Source: Chitinophagaceae bacterium
Lineage (GTDB): Bacteria; Bacteroidota; Bacteroidia; Chitinophagales; UBA10324
Assembly (NCBI GenBank): GCA_016704325.1
Contig: JADJAG010000008.1
Location: 54,057-118,056, forward strand
Direction: 5' to 3'
Length of the DNA stretch: 64,000 nucleotides
The notes under the pieces are model-generated. The model made no database searches, was not told the origin of the DNA, and saw only the letters and a list, made by a program, of their open reading frames with translations. Position 1 is the stretch's first letter; each line of letters opens with the position of its first letter. Positions 56,923 to 64,000 of the stretch are shown one piece after another. The translations under genes were made by a program, and so were the position numbers.

Positions 56923-57702
56923 TCAGAGAGCCAGCTGCAATTCAATCGGGCAGTGGTCGCTGCCCATTACCTGCATGTGGATAGCGGCATTGGTAACCAT
57001 AGGCCTTGTCTCCTTAGAAACAAAAAAATAATCAATGCGCCAGCCTACATTCCGTTCCCTGGCTCGTGTGATCTGATCCCAGTACGTGTACCATTCCGGC
57101 TGCTGGTTAAACTCCCTGAACGTATCTATATACCCCATCTCCACGATCTTATCCATCCAGCTTCGTTCTTCAGGAAGAAAGCCACTGGTTTTTACATTTT
57201 CCTTCGGCCTGGCAAGGTCAATTTCCTTATGAGCGGTATTGTAATCACCGCAAACAATGATTCTCTTATTTTGAAGTCGCACTGATTCCGCACGGCGAAA
57301 TAAGGCATCATAAAAATCAAGTTTGTATTTCACGCGCTCCGGTCCTCTTCCACCATTGGGAAAATAGACATTAAACAAAACGAATTTTTCAAACTCCATT
57401 TCAATTACACGGCCTTCAGAGTCGAAATATGGATCACCCAATCCATTCTGAACATTCAATGGTGTATGCTGCGTATAGATGGCTACACCGGAATAACCTT
57501 TTTTCTCGGCAGAATTAAAGTAGCACTTGTAATCTTCGAAATGGAGGATCTCGTGATCGAGCTGCTCCACCTGGGCTTTCGTTTCCTGCAGGCATAAGAT
57601 GTCAGGTGCTTCAGCAGAGAACCAATCCGGAAATCCCTTTTTCCAGGCTGCCCGTATCCCGTTTATATTCCAGCAAAGTATACGCATTTTATTGGCCGAC
57701 AT
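56923..57702 (-). CDS. xth: exodeoxyribonuclease III
   Basis: ILCWNINGIRA, DILCLQETK and GSDHCPIELQL motifs. Confidence 0.93.
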   Translation of the reverse strand: MSANKMRILCWNINGIRAAWKKGFPDWFSAEAPDILCLQETKAQVEQLDHEILHFEDYKCYFNSAEKKGYSGVAIYTQHTPLNVQNGLGDPYFDSEGRVIEMEFEKFVLFNVYFPNGGRGPERVKYKLDFYDALFRRAESVRLQNKRIIVCGDYNTAHKEIDLARPKENVKTSGFLPEERSWMDKIVEMGYIDTFREFNQQPEWYTYWDQITRARERNVGWRIDYFFVSKETRPMVTNAAIHMQVMGSDHCPIELQLAL

Positions 57703-57825
57703 TTTTAGTTTTTTTGGTGGAAGTTATTCTGTTGCCTTCTCACATTGTAGTTTGAAGCGTTTCAAAAGTAAGAAAATATTAAAGCAATCATTTCTACTTA
57801 TTAACTTCCCGCTAAAAGCGGAATC

Positions 57826-58155
57826 ATGATCACCTGGCAAGATTTTGAAAAACTGGAAATGCATGTGGGAACCATTATCAATGTGGAAGATTTCCCGAAG
57901 GCTAAAAAACCTGCTTACCAACTTACCATTGACTTTGGTGCATTGGGACTTCGCAAATCTTCCGCACAGTTGACGGCACTCTATTCGAAGGAAGACCTGG
58001 TAGATAAGCAGGTGATTGCGGTGCTTAATTTCCCGGTAAAAAAAATCGCAGATTTTTTATCTGAATGTCTTGTGCTTGGAGCCATTCGGGAAGATGGTGC
58101 AGTAATTCTTTTGCAACCTGATCGAAATGCGGCCAATGGTTTGCGGATTGGTTGA
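57826..58155 (+). CDS. tRNA-binding (CsaA/EMAP-like OB-fold) protein
   Basis: ITWQDFEKLEMHVGTIINVEDFPKAKKPAYQLTIDFG..., 109 aa. Confidence 0.8.
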   Translation: MITWQDFEKLEMHVGTIINVEDFPKAKKPAYQLTIDFGALGLRKSSAQLTALYSKEDLVDKQVIAVLNFPVKKIADFLSECLVLGAIREDGAVILLQPDRNAANGLRIG

Positions 58156-58182
58156 ACACGAAACCGTTCTTGCTTGCTTCAT

Positions 58183-59262
58183 TCAAAAAAGACTTAGCTG
58201 TGCCTTCGGTTCTGAATTATCGAATAAGGTATAGTCAAGTGCTGGAAAAACCCGACCTGCAAAGTACCTTGCTTTCGACAATTCAAAAAGCCGCCGGATG
58301 GATGATGCAAACTCCCCTTCCCCTTTCATTCTAATACCAAAACGACTGTCTCCCAATTGCCCGCCATGCATGGAGGCAACCTGGTTCAATACTTTTTCCG
58401 CCCTATCAGGAAGGTTCTTAAAGATCCAGTCTTTGAAAACAATGCCCACATCTCCGTTCAACCTTACCATTCCATAATGAGCTGTCAATGCGCCGGCATT
58501 AGCAGAAGCCTCCAATATCGAAGGTATCTCCTCGCTGTTAATAGAAGGAATTATGGGTGATACATTTATATTGACAGGAACACCCTTTGCAGAGAGCATT
58601 TGCACAACATCCAGTCTGCGTTTTGCGGCAGCAGTGCGTGGTTCCATTAACAACCTCATCTTTTCATCAAGGGTAGTAATGGATATAGTCACATTCACCA
58701 GCTTCATAGAAGACATCTCCGTAAGCAGGTCGAGGTCACGAAGTATCAATGCATTTTTTGTGATGATACTAACCGGATGCTTATATTTTAATAACACCTG
58801 CAACATGCGCCTGGTGATCTGCATTTTACGTTCCAATGGCTGATAACAATCGGTGTTACCGGAAAGCATGATCGACTGCGCAACATGCTTCGACTTTCGT
58901 AATTCCTTTTCAAGCAATTCAGGTGCAGTAGGTTTCGCAATAATCTTACTTTCAAAATCCAAACCTGCATTAAATCCCCAGTAGGTGTGTGTATTTCTTG
59001 CGTAGCAGTAAATGCAGCCATGCTCACATCCCTGGTAAGGATTCATGGAATATTCCATGCCAAGATCCGGGCTGTCTACTTTATTCAGGATCTTCTTCGG
59101 ATGCTCTTGATAAACCTGTGTGGACGGGCTTGAGATCAGTGGTTCATCCAACCCTTCCATGTGCTCTGCAACATACTCCTGTTGCAAGAACCTGTTTTTG
59201 GGTTTTAGTTGCGCACCTCTTCCTTTAAAGTAGCTATCCGGTGATTGTTTGACTGGTTGCAA
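58183..59262 (-). CDS. PA0069-family radical SAM protein
   Basis: N-terminal KGRGAQLKPKNRF and CxxxCxxC cluster motif CEHGCIYCYA. Confidence 0.85.
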   Translation of the reverse strand: MQPVKQSPDSYFKGRGAQLKPKNRFLQQEYVAEHMEGLDEPLISSPSTQVYQEHPKKILNKVDSPDLGMEYSMNPYQGCEHGCIYCYARNTHTYWGFNAGLDFESKIIAKPTAPELLEKELRKSKHVAQSIMLSGNTDCYQPLERKMQITRRMLQVLLKYKHPVSIITKNALILRDLDLLTEMSSMKLVNVTISITTLDEKMRLLMEPRTAAAKRRLDVVQMLSAKGVPVNINVSPIIPSINSEEIPSILEASANAGALTAHYGMVRLNGDVGIVFKDWIFKNLPDRAEKVLNQVASMHGGQLGDSRFGIRMKGEGEFASSIRRLFELSKARYFAGRVFPALDYTLFDNSEPKAQLSLF

Positions 59263-59542
59263 TATGATCTGGATCTATTCATTCAATGTATAAAATTTAA
59301 TGCATTCAAATGGCACTTTTTTTTGAAAGCGTACCCAATTGTCGCGATTCAAGACATTATCTTAAAATGGCCTACTATAATTTGTGCGCATAGACCAAAG
59401 CTCGCAGAACCTGATTGAGCAGTTTTTCTTTACGGGCTATTCGACCTTTGCGAGACAATCATTCCAATTGAAACATGATCTCTTTGTGATGAACAGTTCT
59501 ATATAACAAAATATTTCAACAGTACCTGCGCGACTTTGAAAT

Positions 59543-59598
59543 GTATTGAGTATTGAGTATTGAGTAACAACACTCAATATTCAATTTCCAATTTGTCG
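59543..59598 (+). repeat. heptamer array (GTATTGA x3 ...) forming a 14-bp hairpin
   Basis: gtattga gtattga gtattga gtaacaa cactcaa tattcaa tttccaa tttgtcg. Arms attgagtattgagt(59552-65)/actcaatattcaat(59572-85) have one mismatch. The word is the reverse complement of CAATACT at 42302. Confidence 0.9.
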
Positions 59599-59632
59599 TA
59601 CACCCGATTGAAGGCAATACCATTGAACCTGG
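59574..59632 (+). repeat. conserved unique block 'core 2' (second copy)
   Basis: tcaatattcaatttc(caatttg)tcgtacacccgattgaagg....gaacctggt aligns with 49370-49422. Confidence 0.8.
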
Positions 59633-59656
59633 TATGTTCTATTTCAGTTCTTTTTT

Positions 59657-61783
59657 TTGCATTTTCCTGCCAATCACTATTTTGCATTTGTGAAAAAACG
59701 GCTACCTCCACAAGCTCCTACTCCAACTGTTTCCGGCAGCAATAATCATCCAAAAAAGTTGCAGCGCTCTCTAATGGTCATTTGTGGCATGCTGGCCATA
59801 TTATTATATGCCAATACGATTACGCACGATTATGTGTTGGACGATGATATGGCCATCGTAAAAAACACTTTTGTTCAGGAAGGAATTTCTGCCATACCAA
59901 AGATATTCACTACACCCTACCGTGCCGGCTTCAGCGACCGCAATGAAGGATTGTACCGGCCATTATCAATTGCTTTGTTTGCCGCGCAATGGCAATTGGC
60001 TCCGGGAAATGCGCAGGTTGGCCATTTAATTAATGTCTTGCTTTACGCACTTACTGCTATCCTGCTTTTTGTAACCCTATCCTTATTTTTTGCAGACAAA
60101 AACCCGCTGTTTCCATTTGTTATCACCTTGCTTTTTATTGCCCATCCCCTTCATACGGAAGTGGTAGCCAACATAAAAAGCAGTGATGAAATCTTATGCT
60201 TTCTTTTTTGCCTGGTTGCGCTCTGGTCATCATTGAAATATGGAAAACAGGAGAAAATAAAATACCTGGTCCTTGCAGGCTTCAGTACTTTTCTTGCTTT
60301 GTTATCCAAAGAAACCGGCGTCACCCTTTTGGTTATGGCTCCATTAACTGTATATTTTTTCTCTGCTGTCTCTGTTAAGAAATGCTTGATGACAGCTATA
60401 CCGGTCATTCTTGCTTTTTTTGTATATCTGGCTATCAGGGTCAGCGTACTTTCAGGTGTCAGTAATCTTGATGAAATTTTACTAATCAACAACAGCCTTG
60501 TTGCTGCCGAGGAAGATACACTCACCAGGCTGGCCACTTCCATTTTCATTATTGGAAAATATTTCAGTCTGTTAGCACTGCCTTATCCATTGTGTTACGA
60601 TTACTCTTACAATACGATTGCTTTACTTCCATTTGGAAATCCAAAAGTATTGCTCTCCCTGTCAATAATCATTGCAATTATTGTATTTGCCCTTAGCCGC
60701 TTAAAATCGAGAGATCCAATTGCCTGGGCTTTAATTTTTATTGGAGCAACGCTCTCGCCGGTAGCTAATATATTTTTCATTATTGAGGCCACCATGGGAG
60801 AACGGTTTCTTTATATGCCGGTTTTGGGATTCAGCATGATCATCGCATTGCTGCTTACAAAGTTGTTTAAGCGTTCAGTGGATATAAATACCAATCACAG
60901 CACTGCCGGTTTTATAAAAACAAATAGTGGTCTCCTTGCAATGGTCACAATAGTCGTAGTCATCTATGGAACAGTTACTGTTGTTAGAAATACTGCATGG
61001 AAAGACAACCTCACCCTGGTGAAGACCGATGTGCAGACACATCCAAACAGCGTGCGCATACGTTACGCCTATGGTAGTATCCTGGTTATGGAAAAGGCAC
61101 TGAACGAAAAAAATGAAACCCGGAAGAAGCAACTGTTACTGGAAGGCACGCAGCAACTGGTTGAAGCCGTGAGGATATTGCCAGATTATGGTGATGCATG
61201 GTTCAACCTTGGTATGGGATATAAAGAACTCGAGGATTACAAAAAGGCGATTGCCTGTTTCGAAAATGCAGAAGCTCATATGGTGAAAACAAATGCCACA
61301 TTTTATGTAGCTGCCGGAATTGCATATGGTGAAGATGGACAGTACGAAAAGGCAATTCAGGAGCTCCAAAAAGCCATTGACCTCGACAGTAGCGGATATG
61401 ATGCATACAATAATATCGGGCTGTACTATTCAAGAACAGGCAATTATTCAATGTCTTTTCAAATGCTGAATAAGGCCATTCAACTTAATCCAAATGATGA
61501 TCATGCCTACTACAATATGGGGAATACCTATGCCGCGATGAATGATTTTACAAATGCCCTTTCTTTTTATAAAAAGGCACTGTCACTCAACCCGGCTTCA
61601 GACATTGCGTGGGTAAATCTTGGGAACTGCTATGGTGTGCTTAAAGATTATCCAAATGCATTGCTTGCTTTTGAAAAAGCATTGCAGGCTAACCCGTCAA
61701 ATGAACTGGCCCGCTTCAACATAGGCACTACCTATTTTATGCTTGGAGATTCTGTGAACGGGAGAAAATACATACCTGATTAG
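59657..61783 (+). CDS. TMTC-like membrane protein: GT-C type N-terminal domain (DUF1736-like) fused to C-terminal TPR repeats
   Basis: About 11 TM helices with an early YVLDDD loop, then 7-8 TPR units (AWFNLGMGY..., AYNNIGLYY..., AYYNMGNTY..., AWVNLGNCY...). The start is uncertain (TTG at 59657 or ATG at 59774). Confidence 0.7.
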   Translation: MHFPANHYFAFVKKRLPPQAPTPTVSGSNNHPKKLQRSLMVICGMLAILLYANTITHDYVLDDDMAIVKNTFVQEGISAIPKIFTTPYRAGFSDRNEGLYRPLSIALFAAQWQLAPGNAQVGHLINVLLYALTAILLFVTLSLFFADKNPLFPFVITLLFIAHPLHTEVVANIKSSDEILCFLFCLVALWSSLKYGKQEKIKYLVLAGFSTFLALLSKETGVTLLVMAPLTVYFFSAVSVKKCLMTAIPVILAFFVYLAIRVSVLSGVSNLDEILLINNSLVAAEEDTLTRLATSIFIIGKYFSLLALPYPLCYDYSYNTIALLPFGNPKVLLSLSIIIAIIVFALSRLKSRDPIAWALIFIGATLSPVANIFFIIEATMGERFLYMPVLGFSMIIALLLTKLFKRSVDINTNHSTAGFIKTNSGLLAMVTIVVVIYGTVTVVRNTAWKDNLTLVKTDVQTHPNSVRIRYAYGSILVMEKALNEKNETRKKQLLLEGTQQLVEAVRILPDYGDAWFNLGMGYKELEDYKKAIACFENAEAHMVKTNATFYVAAGIAYGEDGQYEKAIQELQKAIDLDSSGYDAYNNIGLYYSRTGNYSMSFQMLNKAIQLNPNDDHAYYNMGNTYAAMNDFTNALSFYKKALSLNPASDIAWVNLGNCYGVLKDYPNALLAFEKALQANPSNELARFNIGTTYFMLGDSVNGRKYIPD

Positions 61784-61940
61784 AAACGTTCTGAAATATT
61801 TATTAAAGTACTTTTCCTAGCATTTTCTTCCGTGATTCAGGATACATCACAGCATTTTGGGTAGTTGTTCAGTGTATGTCCACAACTTTTGGGATAGATC
61901 TGCATACTATCTTGTAAATTTAGCGGTAAATAAAGCGGCA

Positions 61941-62342
61941 ATGACGGAAGACAGCAGCTCCGACAAATATTATTTCTCGATAGGTGAAGTGGCTAAGATG
62001 TTTAATCTTTCCATTTCCAATATCCGTTTCTGGGAACAGGAATTTGAAATATTACGACCCAAGAAAAACAGGAAAGGCGACCGTTTCTTTACCAGGCAGG
62101 ATATTGAAAACCTGAAGATCATTCACCATTTGCTTAAAGAAAAAGGATACACCATTGAAGGCGCCAGGAAAAAACTCCTGCAAAATCCTGATCAGGTTAC
62201 AGAACGAGTGGCCATGATTGATTCGTTGAAAAAGATCAGGTCGTTTCTCGTCAGCCTTAAAGAGCAATTTGACAATAAAGACCCCGGCATACAAGAACCA
62301 ACCGATATTACACCATTGAGTTATCCGGTGAAAGAAGAATAA
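61941..62342 (+). CDS. MerR family transcriptional regulator
   Basis: YFSIGEVAKMFNLSISNIRFWEQEF helix-turn-helix. Start placed at the ATG at 61941. Confidence 0.85.
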   Translation: MTEDSSSDKYYFSIGEVAKMFNLSISNIRFWEQEFEILRPKKNRKGDRFFTRQDIENLKIIHHLLKEKGYTIEGARKKLLQNPDQVTERVAMIDSLKKIRSFLVSLKEQFDNKDPGIQEPTDITPLSYPVKEE

Positions 62343-62375
62343 AAATACTCCTTTGAAAGTTATCCTTATTGTATA

Positions 62376-63992
62376 CTAAAACTGAAACTTCCGCTTCGCC
62401 ACATTCATCCTCACTCCCATCTGAAAAATATGGCTGGAAGATTCGAATGCACTCAACGTTGATGCCGTCTTTCTGTAGGAATAACTTACGTCAATAAAAA
62501 AATTATGACGCAACATATAGGTGGCTGTCCATTCATTCAATAACAGGTCTGTGCCCACACCCTGACCCGCTTTATTTCCATAAACAGTCAACACATTTGA
62601 CTCTGTGGTCGGGATAAAAATATCAGCACCGAAATTACTTCCGGCAGTATCCCTTCCTGATGCAGCCACTGTAAGGCTCCAGCGTAAAGTGAGTGGGAAT
62701 ATTGGCTGGTACCGAACCACTCCAATCCATTCATTCAGGTTCGCACCAAGCGGATGTGCAAGCGGTTGATTGTAGTTTGAATAATTGGCTACCGTATCGT
62801 TATGCGTATAGGTATACGGACGAATGTGATTCCATTCCAGTTGCAAATCAAGATTGGAAACTTTAAATGCATCAATGTATTGAGCTCCAAGTTGAAATCC
62901 ATATTTATTCGCCCAGTAACCTTTGGTCCCCTTTGAAACCTGTATATTAAAATCGTCGAGCATGAACTGACCATAAACTGAGACGTGACGAAATAAATTA
63001 ACGCGCATATCAAGTCCGAGCATCACATTATCCGGACTGCCAAGAAGTTGCTCGACAGATCTGTAGAAAATAATCGGATTGAGGTATTGCAATTCATACC
63101 CATCATTACGCTGAAACACCACACTTTCCCAAACGCCTACATTTAGAAAGTTTGTTGCATTAAGACTGAGGTGATGAATGGCACCGTATTTCTTTGGCAG
63201 CAACTGATCGGCTTCACGTGTGAAGTCTGCTGTCATATCCACAAACAGATTCTGGTACCTGATCTTCCAAACCCGTGTTTGCAATTTCAGAAAAAGATAT
63301 TCCTCTGAAAAATCAGACAGTGCCAATGAGCGTATACCATTGCCCAGAAAATTCTTATCAGTACCAAACTGAATGGTAATGAATTTCGCAGCCGTAAAAT
63401 CAAAATACCCTTTTGCTGAAAGAAAATCAACGCCGGTAGTTTTATATGTTTTATAATAGCCTTCTCCCGGAACGGCTCCAAAAGAGTCGATCCTATCATG
63501 CACATACTGTGGAAATCGGGCCTGATTTTCACTTACAAAAAAATAATACCCCACCTTTTTGGCCACCCATCCGCGCAATTCAATTCCTCTGGTATTGGTA
63601 AAAAGCATCTCACCGGAAGCGGATTCCGTTCCGATCTCAAAATCAAAAACAGGATTCACCTTCACCATAAAATCATCATTCCTGTGCTGGTAAAGACTTG
63701 CCTTGTCGCGGTATAAATACTTTAGGAAAGGTTTCCTGCTAAGTGCTCCTGAATACAAAGACCATTCATCATTATCCGTTAACAGGAAATTCATAGCTCC
63801 GGAGTCAACAGATGACCATCCTGAAATTAAATCTTGCGTTGAATCAACCATCATTACTGCATGATGCCGCTGCAGCGGCAATGCAGAAAAGTGCAACTGA
63901 TCTGATATCCTGCCTGATTTTATCTCCATCCGTTTCAGGTAGTGATACGAATCATCATTCAATGGAATAAATGAGCTCTGTGCCATTGCCAT
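62376..63992 (-). CDS. outer-membrane beta-barrel protein, possibly capsule-assembly Wzi family (5' end probably outside the window)
   Basis: Terminal ..AKRKFQF and a beta-strand pattern. FGTDKNFLGNGIRSLALSDFS resembles the Wzi G..WGPG..SL.LS segment. No signal peptide is visible, and the frame stays open to the window edge. Confidence 0.45.
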   Translation of the reverse strand: MAMAQSSFIPLNDDSYHYLKRMEIKSGRISDQLHFSALPLQRHHAVMMVDSTQDLISGWSSVDSGAMNFLLTDNDEWSLYSGALSRKPFLKYLYRDKASLYQHRNDDFMVKVNPVFDFEIGTESASGEMLFTNTRGIELRGWVAKKVGYYFFVSENQARFPQYVHDRIDSFGAVPGEGYYKTYKTTGVDFLSAKGYFDFTAAKFITIQFGTDKNFLGNGIRSLALSDFSEEYLFLKLQTRVWKIRYQNLFVDMTADFTREADQLLPKKYGAIHHLSLNATNFLNVGVWESVVFQRNDGYELQYLNPIIFYRSVEQLLGSPDNVMLGLDMRVNLFRHVSVYGQFMLDDFNIQVSKGTKGYWANKYGFQLGAQYIDAFKVSNLDLQLEWNHIRPYTYTHNDTVANYSNYNQPLAHPLGANLNEWIGVVRYQPIFPLTLRWSLTVAASGRDTAGSNFGADIFIPTTESNVLTVYGNKAGQGVGTDLLLNEWTATYMLRHNFFIDVSYSYRKTASTLSAFESSSHIFQMGVRMNVAKRKFQF

Positions 63993-64000
63993 TTCCGCAA

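Noticed and set aside
1-64000. tRNA, rRNA, tmRNA, integrase, cas or phage genes.
   Set aside because: None were recognised on either strand. No T-loop-type GGTTCGAATCC-like motifs were seen in the spacers I read. A tRNAscan/Infernal run would be needed for certainty.

Overview
This looks like a chromosomal segment from a Bacteroidota-type genome. Supporting signs are a T9SS C-terminal sorting domain, a CarboxypepD_reg-type TonB receptor, a TamA/TamB pair and TAnnTTTG-like promoter boxes. I support about 49 protein-coding genes and recognised no rRNA, tRNA, CRISPR array, prophage or intact IS.

Housekeeping genes include phoH, hppA, prmC, ribD, tamA/tamB, the pyrR-pyrB operon, comEC and xth. 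They are mixed with accessory and stress-type genes: truncated globin, 1-Cys peroxiredoxin, AlkD-like, DUF417, VOC, erythromycin-esterase family, GT-C glycosyltransferases, prolyl oligopeptidase, and a 1620-aa M4 protease carrying PKD, CUB, GEVED and T9SS domains. All genes from about 22.5 to 49.1 kb are on the minus strand.

I found no obvious new multi-gene system such as a defence, toxin or secretion cluster. The most unusual content is non-coding:
- Six intergenic loci are built from gapless tandem 7-nt or 8-nt words. These are joined to short conserved unique blocks, in co-linear order and with the same polarity.
- The divergent prmC/ribD spacer holds six tandem ~85-bp hairpin units with a 170-bp higher-order structure.
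- Inverted arrays of 9-nt CACRGAT-type words lie in gene-flanking spacers, most just past a gene's 3' end.

Other points of note:
- an in-frame TAG splits a PAS/class III cyclase gene;
- a DMT transporter is translationally coupled to ribD, with no FMN riboswitch seen;
- a decayed IS1182-like fragment;
- a secreted protein with three 81-aa repeats.

All family calls come from motifs read by eye and from memory of the families. No database search was run.
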